DNA from: an uncultured Acidobacteriota bacterium
Lineage (GTDB): Bacteria; Acidobacteriota; Vicinamibacteria; Fen-336
Assembly (NCBI GenBank): GCA_963720545.1
Contig: OY970399.1
Coordinates: forward strand, 2,912,001-2,976,000
DNA length: 64,000 bases
Direction of reading: 5' to 3'
Shown: positions 32,147 to 41,868 of the stretch, one piece after another
Layout of the letters: each line of letters starts with the position of its first letter
Numbering within the stretch: position 1 is the stretch's first letter
Notes under the pieces: model-generated
What the model was told of the DNA's origin: nothing
Database searches by the model: none
What the model saw: the letters and a program-made list of their open reading frames with translations, nothing else
Position numbers and translations under genes: made by a program

Positions 32147-32736
32147 GCAGCGGCCCGGCGTCGCTCATCGCGCTCTACCAGGCGCTCGCCGTCGGATTCG
32201 GCCTGCTGGCGATCTTCATCTCGATCGTCGGCTGGTTCATGTTCAAGGACACGCGCCGCCGGCGGCTGCGCGCCCGTCCGGTGAACGTGCCGCCCGCCAT
32301 CGCCGCGCTGTCCGCGGCATCCCTCACGCGCCTCGGGCGCATCGTGCGCCTCGCGCGCGTCGCGCTCGACGCAAGCGCCGTGCTGTACTTCGACATCGAC
32401 CAGAAGACGCGGCAGGTCGTGCTGCGCGACTGCGACCTCGAGAATCCGTCCGTGGCACCGAGCGCGGGCACGGCGCTGCCGATGGCCGCGGATCCTTTCG
32501 GCTTCGTCGCAGAACGCCGCCAGAGCTTCTACATCACCGACTTCAAGCCGCTGCTCTGGTCGCTGCCTTACTACCCGCGCGAGACCAGGGTGGGCACGTT
32601 GCTCGCAGCACCCGTGATGCGCGGCGGCGCAGTGCACGGCGTTCTCGTCGCGGAGAAGACCGAGACTCAGGCGTTCACCGGCCGCGAGCCGGCACTGCTC
32701 GAAGGTTTCGCCGCCATCGTCGCCGACGCGCTCTAG
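32143..32736 (+). CDS. membrane-anchored GAF-domain protein (start uncertain: CTG 32143 or ATG 32239)
   Basis: TM segment then GAF-like 'TLLAAPV..GG.VHGVLVAE..ETQAFTGRE..LLEGFA'. Confidence 0.6.
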   Translation: MSSGPASLIALYQALAVGFGLLAIFISIVGWFMFKDTRRRRLRARPVNVPPAIAALSAASLTRLGRIVRLARVALDASAVLYFDIDQKTRQVVLRDCDLENPSVAPSAGTALPMAADPFGFVAERRQSFYITDFKPLLWSLPYYPRETRVGTLLAAPVMRGGAVHGVLVAEKTETQAFTGREPALLEGFAAIVADAL

Positions 32737-32743
32737 GCGCGAG

Positions 32744-32773
32744 TTGACAGGCGCGCGGTCGCGCGAATAGCGT
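32744..32773 (+). promoter_or_regulatory. candidate sigma70 promoter for the M14 peptidase, probably leaderless
   Basis: TTGACA (32744-32749), 18 bp, TAGCGT (32768-32773), 7 bp, ATG 32781. Confidence 0.5.
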
Positions 32774-32780
32774 GCCGCCC

Positions 32781-35633
32781 ATGCTTCGACATCAACAAGT
32801 GTTGCGCCATTTGAATGCCGTGCTGGCCGCCTCTGCATGCCTCGCCGCGGCGCCGCTCCTCGCGCAGGGAGTCGACACCCCCGAGCCCGGGTCGATCGAA
32901 GCGATCGCCAAGGCGACCACCGAGACGCGCTTCCTCTCGCCGTGGGTGAGCTACATACCCGAGGTCGCGGGGGTCCCGTCGCCGACGAAGTTCCTGGGCC
33001 ACATCGTGGGCGCGCCGGGCGAGCTGTCGAACACCACCAAAATCTACGGCTACTACAAGGCGCTGGCGGCCGCCAGCAAGCGCGTGCGCGTCGAGACGGT
33101 GGCGAAGACCGAAGAAGGCCGCGACATCCTGATGGTGATGGTGGGCGACGAGAAGAGCCTCGACGACATCGAGAAGGCGCGCGCGGCGATGGCGGAACTC
33201 GCCGACCCGCGGCGCATCGACGACGCCCGCGCCGAGGCGATCATCGGCAGCGTCAAGCCGTTCTACATGCTGCACGGCGGCCTGCACTCGACCGAGACCG
33301 GCTCGCCCGAGATGCTGATGGAGCTGGCACACCGCCTCGCGGTCTCGGAGCAACCGTACATCCGCGAGATTCGCGACCGCATCGTCGTGATCATCGATCC
33401 CGTCGCCGAGCCCGACGGGCGCGACAAGGCGGTGGAGTGGTTCTACCGCCACCTCAAGGGCAAGACCGACTACGACAACCTGCCGCCGATCAGCCCGCCT
33501 TACTGGGGCAAGTACGTGTTCCACGACAACAACCGCGACGAGATCCAGCGGCGGCTGGCGCTGACCCGCGCCACCCAGGGCATCTACTTCAAGTGGCACC
33601 CGGTCGTGGTCCACGACCTGCACGAGTCGATTCCGCTGCTCTCCATCTGGACCGGCACCGGCCCCTACAACCCGAACCTCGACCCGAGCGTGTTCAGCGA
33701 ATGGCACACGATCGCCTTCCAGGAGGTCGCCACGCTGACGGCGCTCGGCATGCCCGGCGTCTGGACCTACGGCTTCGGCGAAGGCTTCGCGCACCTCTTC
33801 CAGGACTCGGTCGCAACCAACCACAACGGCATCGGCCGCGGCTACGAGACCTTCGGCAACGGCACCGCGGAAACCGTCGCGCGCACGCTCGACCCGGAGC
33901 GCAACCAGTTCACCGGCCATGCGGTCACCGATCCCGACTGGTATCGCATGGTGCCGCCGCCGAAGAAGTTCCGCTGGTCGCTGCGCAACAACACCAACTA
34001 CCAGGAGAGCGCGGTGCTGGCGGCGCTGCAGTTCACAGCGCGCAACTCGCAGGAAATGATGCGCAACTTCTGGCGGCGCTCGCAGAACTCGCTGCGCAAG
34101 GGCACGAACGAGAAGCCGTACGCGTTCGCGATCCCCGAGAAGCAACTCGACCTGCGGCGCCTCGCCCGCCTCGTCAACCTGACGCGCGCCCACGGCATCG
34201 AGGTGTCGCGTGCTACGGCTGCGTTCAAGGCCAAGGACGTGGACTACCCGGCGGGCACCTACGTCGTGAAGCTGGCGCAACCGTACCGCAACTTCGCGGT
34301 AGACCTGCTCACGCCGCAGAAGTATCCGGTGGACCGCGCACCTTACCCGGCCTATGACGACGTCGCCTGGTCGCTGCCGGAGAGCCTCGGCGTCACGGTG
34401 ACGCCCGTGGACGACCCGGCCGTCAAGGACGTGCCGGCGACGCTCATCACCGAGGACGTCTCGTACAAGGCCGACGTACCTGCCGCGGGCGCCGTCTACC
34501 TGCTTGCCGACACCGGCCAGGAGGCGCTGCTCGCCGCCCGCGTGCGCCTCGCGAAGTTCAAGGTGGAAGCAGCCGAGGCGAAGTTCACAGCCGGGGACAA
34601 GGAGTACGCCGCCGGTTCGTGGGTGATCGCCGACCAGCCCGGAGTGAAACAGGCGCTCGATGCAGTCGCGGGCGAGCTGGCACTGAAATTCGACGGCGTT
34701 GCTACGGCGCCCGAAGTGAAGCGCCACCTGGTCGATTTCCCGCGCCTCGCGGTGCTGCAGCTTTGGGGCGACACGCAGGCGGCCGGCTGGGTGCGGATGA
34801 TCTTCGACGACCAGAAGATCCCGTACACGCTCATCATGGACGAAGACGTGAAGCGTGGCGGCCTCAAGGCGCGCTTCGACGTGATCCTCTACCCGGAGAC
34901 CTACCGCAACTTCAAGCAGATGGTGACCGGCATCGACCCGAAGTTCGGCCCGCTGCCGTACACCAAGACGGCAGAGTTCCCGTCGCATGGCACGCCGACG
35001 TCCTCACCTGACATCACCGGCGGGCTGACGTACGCGGGCGTCGCCAACATCGATACGTACGTGAGAGAGGGCGGAGTGCTGCTGACGCTCGGCAGCGCCT
35101 CCAACCTGCCGGTAGACAGCGGCATTTTGCGCGACACGCAGCAGTCGAACCTGCCGGGCCTCAGCAACCCCGGCAGCGAGCTGCGGGTGCGCTTCCGCCG
35201 CCTCGACCACCCGCTCATGTACGGCTACCCGGAAACGACGTCGGTGTTTCGCGAAGACCGCCCGGTGTTCCGCGTGCGCGCCGCTGACGCGAACCGCATC
35301 GTGCTGCAGTGGGGTACCAAGCTGCCGAAGAAGGACGACGACGCCAAATCCGACGCCGACAAGGAAAAAGACAAGGCGAAGGACAAGGACGAACCGCCGC
35401 TCGTCGTCAGCGGCGGCATCAAGGGCGGCGACGCCCTCATCGGCAAGCCGGCAATCGTAGACGTCCCCACCGGCAAGGGCCGCGTAGTCCTCTACGACTT
35501 CGACCCCATCCACCGCTACCAGACGGAATCAGACTTCCGCCTGGTCTGGAACGCGATCCTCAACTGGAACGACCTACCGCCGACGCCACCGCTTCCCGCC
35601 GCCGGCGACGACGAGGAGTGGGACCGCCGCTAG
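32781..35633 (+). CDS. secreted M14-family zinc carboxypeptidase
   Basis: Signal peptide; zinc ligands 'LHSTE' and 'DLHE'; 'EPDGRD', 'HDNNRD'. Confidence 0.85.
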   Translation: MLRHQQVLRHLNAVLAASACLAAAPLLAQGVDTPEPGSIEAIAKATTETRFLSPWVSYIPEVAGVPSPTKFLGHIVGAPGELSNTTKIYGYYKALAAASKRVRVETVAKTEEGRDILMVMVGDEKSLDDIEKARAAMAELADPRRIDDARAEAIIGSVKPFYMLHGGLHSTETGSPEMLMELAHRLAVSEQPYIREIRDRIVVIIDPVAEPDGRDKAVEWFYRHLKGKTDYDNLPPISPPYWGKYVFHDNNRDEIQRRLALTRATQGIYFKWHPVVVHDLHESIPLLSIWTGTGPYNPNLDPSVFSEWHTIAFQEVATLTALGMPGVWTYGFGEGFAHLFQDSVATNHNGIGRGYETFGNGTAETVARTLDPERNQFTGHAVTDPDWYRMVPPPKKFRWSLRNNTNYQESAVLAALQFTARNSQEMMRNFWRRSQNSLRKGTNEKPYAFAIPEKQLDLRRLARLVNLTRAHGIEVSRATAAFKAKDVDYPAGTYVVKLAQPYRNFAVDLLTPQKYPVDRAPYPAYDDVAWSLPESLGVTVTPVDDPAVKDVPATLITEDVSYKADVPAAGAVYLLADTGQEALLAARVRLAKFKVEAAEAKFTAGDKEYAAGSWVIADQPGVKQALDAVAGELALKFDGVATAPEVKRHLVDFPRLAVLQLWGDTQAAGWVRMIFDDQKIPYTLIMDEDVKRGGLKARFDVILYPETYRNFKQMVTGIDPKFGPLPYTKTAEFPSHGTPTSSPDITGGLTYAGVANIDTYVREGGVLLTLGSASNLPVDSGILRDTQQSNLPGLSNPGSELRVRFRRLDHPLMYGYPETTSVFREDRPVFRVRAADANRIVLQWGTKLPKKDDDAKSDADKEKDKAKDKDEPPLVVSGGIKGGDALIGKPAIVDVPTGKGRVVLYDFDPIHRYQTESDFRLVWNAILNWNDLPPTPPLPAAGDDEEWDRR

Positions 35634-35658
35634 CCGCTGTGCTGGCGGCGCGTCGTCT

Positions 35659-36859
35659 CTATTCGCGCCGCCACATTGAAGCGGCAACAGCCAGGCCGAG
35701 GCCGGCGAACAGCACGGCGTTGACCGGGTAGATCGCTTTGAGGTTCAGGTGGGCGAGGGCGCCGGCCACGGTTGGGGCCACCGCGCCGCCGACGAGGGCG
35801 ACTCCCGCGAACAAGCCGAAGGCCGAGGTGCGGCGTTCCGGTGGGATGAGCAGGCCGCCGATGGTGTAGCTCAGCGTCAGTGCGCCGCCGGACACGAGGC
35901 CGAGCAGGAGTGCCAGGGCGAAGATCGGAACTGCGCTCTGCACGAGCGCCATTGGCAGAACCACCAGCGCGCCAAGAAGCAGGCTCATTGCGAGCAGGCG
36001 TCCAGGCGGGGTAGCGCTTGGTGGCGCGTCCCAGGGAGATCGCTGAAGCTGCTGCTGCTATCGAGTAGAGCGAGATGAGGCCGCCGGTTGCCACCGAGAT
36101 GCGTGCTTGCGGGATGCCGAGGAGCAGCAGGTGCGGCGCCAGGATCGGCGTGAACGAGCGGCCGACGAAGTTGACTATGAACAGGATGACGAGCATCGGC
36201 ACGACCTTCGGAATGGCGAGGAGGTCGCGCAACTGCGGCTGCGGTGCGCTGCCAGGCACGGGCACTGTCAGTGGCGCCTCGCGATAGAGGCTGACGAGAA
36301 GAATCAGGGCGATGCCGCAGAAGGATGCGGTGAACAGGAACGCGGCGCGTGTGCCGATGAAGTCGGCGATCAGGCCGCCGCAGAGTGGACCGACGGCGGC
36401 GGCCAGGATCTGCGCCGACTGGTTCAGGCCCACGGCGCGGCCGGTCTCCTCGCGCGGCGCGCCGGCGGTCGCCATCGCGAGGCCGAGCGGGCCAATGCCG
36501 CCGAAGAGGCCGACGCCGACGCGCAGCGCGAACAGCTCCCAGACATTGCGGACGAAGGCCGAGAGCACGAGCAGGACGATGTAGACGACGAGCGCGCGGA
36601 TCGCCATGCGGCGATGGCCGTGGCGCTCGGCGAGCTTGCCCCAGACGGGCGCCATCAGGCCGGCGAGGAGCGGCGAGATGCCGATGAGGACGCCGGCCCA
36701 GGTGGTGGCGGCTTCGAGGCTCTGTACCCCGATCTCGCGCACGAACAAGGTGAGGAACGGCAGCACGAACGCGAATCCCGCGAACACCACGAACACCATC
36801 GCGGTGCTGACGTAGAGGTTGCGCTGCCAGGTGCGAAGCTCGTCGCTGGCTTCGCTCAT
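35659..36859 (-). pseudogene. MFS transporter (DHA1/MdtG-like) with one +1 frameshift near 36000 (pseudogene or sequencing error)
   Basis: 'WQRNLY', 'APVWGKLAERHG', 'GPLCGG'; the C-terminal TM helices 'LLAMSLLLG...PERRTSAFG' continue in a different frame (ORF 35659-35988). Confidence 0.8.
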
Positions 36860-37260
36860 CCGTGCAGCAGCACTTCGGCGTACACCAGCCCGTCGGCCGT
36901 GTCGTCGGTCGCGACGCTGCCCTCTCCCTCGGAGCCGAGCCTTTGGGCGACTTCCAAAGCGCGCGCCTGTAGCGTGAACGTTGCGACTGGTGTGAGCGAG
37001 ACGACAACGTGGCGCCAGCTGACGCCGCGCGTCCAGCCGGTGCCGAGCGCCTTGCTGGCCGCCTCCTTTACCGCGATGCGGCGCGCGATGCCGAGCGCCC
37101 GGCCCAGGTCTTCGCCGTCATAAATGGCGCGTTCCTCCGGGCCCATCAGCCGCTCCACCAGCCTGCGCCCCCAGCGGTCGAGGGCAGCCTGCACCCGGTC
37201 GATCTCGATGAGGTCGATGCCGACGCCGACGATCCTCGGTGAGGTGTGCGAGCGGGGCAT
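36856..37260 (-). CDS. acpS: holo-ACP synthase (4'-phosphopantetheinyl transferase)
   Basis: 'GVGIDLIEIDRV', 'AVKEAASKALGTG..GVSW'. Confidence 0.85.
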   Translation of the reverse strand: MPRSHTSPRIVGVGIDLIEIDRVQAALDRWGRRLVERLMGPEERAIYDGEDLGRALGIARRIAVKEAASKALGTGWTRGVSWRHVVVSLTPVATFTLQARALEVAQRLGSEGEGSVATDDTADGLVYAEVLLHG

Positions 37261-37309
37261 GGACGATGGTCATTTTAGGGCTAGGATGGAGGCAAGTCGG
37301 AGGTTCCCC

Positions 37310-37819
37310 ATGAAGTTCGCCTTCATAAAGCACACCGCCGGTTTCGCGGCGGCCATCGTCCTTCTTGCCAGCCTGGCCCCGGCGCAGAGCCTGGGCGAAA
37401 TCGCCGCGAAGGAAAAAGAGCGGCGCAAGGGCATGAAGCCCTCGAAGGTCTACACCGACGAGGACCTGAAGAAAGTGAACGGCGCGTCCGGTACGTCCGA
37501 GGCGTCGTCGAGCGACGGCACGACGAGCGTAGATGCCGTGGTCGCGGCCCCCGTGACACCCGACTACGTCTCGGGCGACGAACGGCAAGCCGCGCAATCG
37601 GTGTGGCGCGACGGCATGCGCGCGGCGAAGGAACAAGTCACGACGCTGACCGCGCGCGACCGCGAGCTGCAGGACCTCGTCACCGCACAGACCCAGTTCG
37701 GCACCGCCGATCCGGACGTGGTGGCGCAGGTGCAGGAGAACGCCGCCAAGCTGACGGCGGCCAGGGACGCACTCGACAAGCTGGAGCGCGAAGGCCGCTT
37801 CCGCGGCTATCGCGAGTAG
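37310..37819 (+). CDS. secreted hypothetical protein
   Basis: GGAGG RBS; signal peptide; 'AQSLGEIAAKEKERRK...KVYTDEDL'; coiled-coil-like C-terminus. Confidence 0.7.
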   Translation: MKFAFIKHTAGFAAAIVLLASLAPAQSLGEIAAKEKERRKGMKPSKVYTDEDLKKVNGASGTSEASSSDGTTSVDAVVAAPVTPDYVSGDERQAAQSVWRDGMRAAKEQVTTLTARDRELQDLVTAQTQFGTADPDVVAQVQENAAKLTAARDALDKLEREGRFRGYRE

Positions 37820-40380
37820 CCGCCCGGCCGCCCCTTCTCGCGCCGCACGCGCGTGAGCGGCAGGGTGTCGGCGCGCAGTGAGACGTCGCTGATGCCGGTG
37901 CCGTCGAACGTCCACGACGCTCCCGCGGGCGGCAACGTCACTTCCTTGGTGATGCGCCCGGCGCCCGACATGAACTCGATCGCGACCGGGATCGGGCCCG
38001 GCAGGCCGTCGGCCGCCAGTTCGACGACGGCCTTGCCACCCGCCTCGTTGGCATAGCGCAGCGTCACCGTCGGCAGCGCCGTGCCGTACACCCACGCGTC
38101 GAAGTACGCCTGCAGGCTCGCGCCGTGCGCGGTCTCGAGCGCCGCCTGCACGTCCGCGGTGCCGATGGTGCTGAAGCGGCCGTCCGCCTGCAGCTTGCGC
38201 AGCGCGGCGAAGAAGCCCTCGTCGCCGACGATGCCGCGCAGCAGGTGCAGCACCAGCGCCGCCTTGTCGTAGACGATGGCGCGGAACACCTGCGGATCGC
38301 CCTTGATGTGGCCAAGGCGGTAGCCGAGGCTGATGGGCCCCTGCTCGGTCATGCGCACCGCCCAGCGGTCCATGCGCGCGAGCGCCTCGCGAAACGTGTC
38401 TTCGCCGCGCGAATGGCGCACCCACAAGGCGGCTGCGTACTGCGCGAAGCCTTCCGAGATCCAGCGCTCGTGGTAGTTCTCGCCGGTGACGCCATGCCCC
38501 CACCACTGGTGCGCGAGCTCGTGCGCGAGGAAGAACCCGGGGATGTCCCAGAAGGTCGCGGGGTCGTCGCGGAGCGGACGGCGCAGCAGCACCGGTCGTT
38601 CCGCCAGTATCACCATCCCCGGCGGGCTGTGGCCGCCGGGGGTCTCGCGCTCGATGAGCGTCAGGTTGAGGGTGTCGTAGGGCACCGGCCCGAACAGCGT
38701 CTCGAAGTAGGCGAGGATCGCCTGCGCCTGCTCCACCTTCTGCGGCAGGCTGCCTGCCTGCCGCGTCACGCCGAACGAGCGGATCGTGGTCGAGCCGGTG
38801 GTTGCCGTCGGCCCTTCGCTGAGGCGGCCGACGGCGGCCGAGATGTACTTGCCCTTGCGGTCCTGTTGATACTCGACGATGCGCCGGCCGCCTTCGACGC
38901 GTGACGACACGCGCTCGCCGCTGGTGACGGCGCTGAGCTCGGCGGGCAGGTCGAAGCGAATGTTTGCCGTGGCGTAGTCGTCAGGGCCGATCGAGGGATA
39001 CCACGAGGTGCGGTTGGTGAGCACCTTCACGTCTTCGAGGTGCATGTCGTCCGCGTTCCATTCGATCTGCGGCGGCATCACTTCGTCCTCGACGAACGCC
39101 GCCGGCACGTAGCCGCGGTAGCGCACGCGGATCGCCACCTCGCTGCCGGCCTGGGAGCCGAGCGAGCCGAGCGACACCATCACGGAGTCCTGGCCGCGCA
39201 CCCGGAAGAAGAGCAGCGGGCCAACGTCGGCGCTGGTGATCGACTCGATCGCGAAGCTGTCGTGCAGCCGCAGCCTGAGGGTCGCGATCGGCTGGCGCAC
39301 CGCGACGCGCAGGGTGTCGTCGCCGCGCATCATCCGCAGGCCGCTCTCGAAGGTGATGGCGAGGTCGTGGCGGATCACGTCCACGGAGCGGTTGTCCTCG
39401 TCCGAGTAGCGCACGCTCTTGCCGTTCGCGGCGTAGAGGCACACCTGGCGGCGGTTGACGCGGTCGAAGAGGCTGAGCCCTTCCGGAGCGTTGTCGTCGA
39501 GCGTGTAGGTGAGCGGACCCTTCGGGCCGTCGAAAACCAGGGCACCGTCGCCGAGCGGCGGCACCAGCCACCACGGCGAGCGCGGCAGGGCGGCGTCGAG
39601 CAGGTAGATCTGGCTCACGTGGCGCGCGTAGTAGTCGGCGGCGTCGTTGTAGCGAGACGCCGCGCTCGGATCGTCGCGCAGCTGTGGCTGGCCGAGCCAC
39701 TCGAAGATCTTCGCCGGGTGCAGGCGCAGGAAGAAGTGGCGGATCGGGTGAACCAGGCGGGTCTTGCCCGAATACTGCCGCAGCTGTTCCTTCTCGGTGA
39801 CGGGGGCTGGATTGAAGTCGACGACACCCTTGCCGGAGAAGACCAGCACCGTCGGGCCGACCGAAGCGGGCGCGGTGTAGAGCGTGCCCTGTTCGAGGCG
39901 CACCTCGAGGTCGGGCAGGCGCAGGGTGATGCCGGCGGCGTCATAGCCTTTGCGGTCGAGCGACAGGTGGATGAGGCCGTCGATGTCCGCCAGCTGCTCG
40001 CGCTCCACAACCGCCCAGCCGTCGTCGCCGCGCTCGAAAGTGAGCATTGCCTGGCTCACCTCGCCGCGCGGCTCGACCACACGGAAAAAGCGCGCGGGTA
40101 CCTTCACGCGCCGCGCCTGCGCCACCGCGGCCGGCAGCTGTTCGACGTGCAGCTGGACGCTTTCCGCCTGCAGCTGGTCGGCGGCCCATTGGCGCTCCAG
40201 CTCGCGTTCGTCGCTGCCGTGGAACCGCCACGCAGCGAGCCAGGCCTCGACATCGGCCTTCGTCCAGGCCTGTTGCAGCGCTTCCACCAGCGCGGCGGGG
40301 TCTTGTGGGGCCGCGGCGCCTGCCGGGGCTGCGGCAAGGAGTGCGAGGGCGGCGGCCGCCAGCAGTGTCGAGCGAGGCAT
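37807..40380 (-). CDS. secreted M1-family (gluzincin) aminopeptidase
   Basis: 'AHELAHQWWG..V....YHERWISEGFAQY', 'VYDKAALVLHLLR'; signal peptide from ATG 40380. Confidence 0.88.
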   Translation of the reverse strand: MPRSTLLAAAALALLAAAPAGAAAPQDPAALVEALQQAWTKADVEAWLAAWRFHGSDERELERQWAADQLQAESVQLHVEQLPAAVAQARRVKVPARFFRVVEPRGEVSQAMLTFERGDDGWAVVEREQLADIDGLIHLSLDRKGYDAAGITLRLPDLEVRLEQGTLYTAPASVGPTVLVFSGKGVVDFNPAPVTEKEQLRQYSGKTRLVHPIRHFFLRLHPAKIFEWLGQPQLRDDPSAASRYNDAADYYARHVSQIYLLDAALPRSPWWLVPPLGDGALVFDGPKGPLTYTLDDNAPEGLSLFDRVNRRQVCLYAANGKSVRYSDEDNRSVDVIRHDLAITFESGLRMMRGDDTLRVAVRQPIATLRLRLHDSFAIESITSADVGPLLFFRVRGQDSVMVSLGSLGSQAGSEVAIRVRYRGYVPAAFVEDEVMPPQIEWNADDMHLEDVKVLTNRTSWYPSIGPDDYATANIRFDLPAELSAVTSGERVSSRVEGGRRIVEYQQDRKGKYISAAVGRLSEGPTATTGSTTIRSFGVTRQAGSLPQKVEQAQAILAYFETLFGPVPYDTLNLTLIERETPGGHSPPGMVILAERPVLLRRPLRDDPATFWDIPGFFLAHELAHQWWGHGVTGENYHERWISEGFAQYAAALWVRHSRGEDTFREALARMDRWAVRMTEQGPISLGYRLGHIKGDPQVFRAIVYDKAALVLHLLRGIVGDEGFFAALRKLQADGRFSTIGTADVQAALETAHGASLQAYFDAWVYGTALPTVTLRYANEAGGKAVVELAADGLPGPIPVAIEFMSGAGRITKEVTLPPAGASWTFDGTGISDVSLRADTLPLTRVRREKGRPGGYSR

Positions 40381-40461
40381 CTGGTCTCTTGTGGCCCTCC
40401 AGTACACCACGAAGCGGCGGTCCGCGCCAGAACCACTTGTCCCCGGCTATGATCGAAGTCC

Positions 40462-41868
40462 ATGACCGTTTTCGACGCGCGGCGGCTGCCGGCCGCGGTC
40501 TTCAAGCTCGACGTCGAACGCATGCGGCGCGGCTGGTATTCGGACAAGTACTTCATCAACATCGCCCGCACCCTCGCGGAACTGGCCGCGCGCGGCTACC
40601 GCTTCGGCGGCACCCGCAGCGACCTCGCCGACCTCGACATCGACCTGCAGAACGTGGATGTCGGTTCGATCGAGGTCGAGATGCAGTGGTTCACCAGGCG
40701 CCGGCCGTTCTCGGTGGTGGTGGGCGTAGACAAGGCGCTGGCCATGCTCGAGCAGTGCGCCGGCTACTTCGACGACGCGGGCCGCTTCCAAAGCACCTTC
40801 GACAGCCTCGAGGTGATGGCCGTCCCGGACGGGTCGCTGGCGCCCTACGAGGGCGACCCGATGCAGGTGAGCCCGGTGATGAAGGTGCGCGGCCGCTACC
40901 GCGACTTCGCCATCCTCGAGACGCCGACGCTCGGCGCTCTCACCCGCGGCAGCCGCGTGGCGACGAACGTCTATGAGGTGCTGCGCGCGGCGCGCGGCAA
41001 GCAGGTGCTGTTCTTCCCGGCGCGCTTCGACGCGCACGAGGTGCAGGCCGCCGACGGCTACGCCTACCAGGTGGCGGTGCAGCTCTTCAACCGGCAGTAC
41101 GAGCAGAGCCTGTCGGCGTACGTCTCGACCGACGCGCAGGGCGATTGGTGGGGCGGCGCCGGCGGCGGCACGGTGGCGCACGCAGCGATCGCGTGCTTCC
41201 TCGGCGACACGGCGGAGGCCACCATGGCGTTTGCCGCCACCCGTCCGCCCGAGATCCCGCGCATCGCGCTCGTGGACTTCAGCAACGACTGCGTCGGCAC
41301 CTCGCTCGAGGTGATCCGCACCATGTTCGGCCGTTACCACGAGCTGCTGCGCGCCGGACAGGTGGACGAAGCGCGGCGCTTCAAGCTGTTCGCGGTGCGT
41401 CCGGACACCTCGGCGAACCTGCGCGACGTCTCGGTGCCGCCGCTCGGCGATCGCCGCCTCGACTGCGGCGTCAACCCGCGGCTGGTTTTCCTGATGCGCG
41501 CCGCCATCGACCGCGAGTGGCAGGACTGGGGGCTTGCCGGCGACGACGCGCGCCTTGCCGAGAGCTATTGCCGCGACGTGCGCATCGCGGTCACCGGCGG
41601 GTTCACCCCGGAGAAGATCCGCCAGTTCGAGGAATTGTCGGTGCCCGCCGACATCTACGGCGTCGGCTCCTGGCTGCTCACGTCGTGCGACGTCTGCGGC
41701 ACCAACAACGATTTCACCGCCGACATCGTGCGCGTGCGCATCGAGGGCCGCTGGTACGACATGGCGAAGGTCGGCCGCCAGCCCTGCGACAACCCGCTGC
41801 TGGAGCGGGTCACGCGCGCAGCATTGCACGGTCCGCTGGTTCCCGCGGGCATCGGGGTGGGCGCATGA
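40462..41868 (+). CDS. nicotinate phosphoribosyltransferase-like (type II PRTase)
   Basis: 'YSDKYF', 'AILET', 'GTVAHA', 'LVDF.ND', 'VRPDTS', 'VTGGF', 'YGVGS', 'AKVGR'. Confidence 0.72.
   Translation: MTVFDARRLPAAVFKLDVERMRRGWYSDKYFINIARTLAELAARGYRFGGTRSDLADLDIDLQNVDVGSIEVEMQWFTRRRPFSVVVGVDKALAMLEQCAGYFDDAGRFQSTFDSLEVMAVPDGSLAPYEGDPMQVSPVMKVRGRYRDFAILETPTLGALTRGSRVATNVYEVLRAARGKQVLFFPARFDAHEVQAADGYAYQVAVQLFNRQYEQSLSAYVSTDAQGDWWGGAGGGTVAHAAIACFLGDTAEATMAFAATRPPEIPRIALVDFSNDCVGTSLEVIRTMFGRYHELLRAGQVDEARRFKLFAVRPDTSANLRDVSVPPLGDRRLDCGVNPRLVFLMRAAIDREWQDWGLAGDDARLAESYCRDVRIAVTGGFTPEKIRQFEELSVPADIYGVGSWLLTSCDVCGTNNDFTADIVRVRIEGRWYDMAKVGRQPCDNPLLERVTRAALHGPLVPAGIGVGA

Noticed and set aside
35326..35392. 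Purine-rich repetitive stretch encoding KKDDDAKSDADKEKDKAKDKDE
   Set aside because: Ordinary low-complexity charged linker within the M14 peptidase
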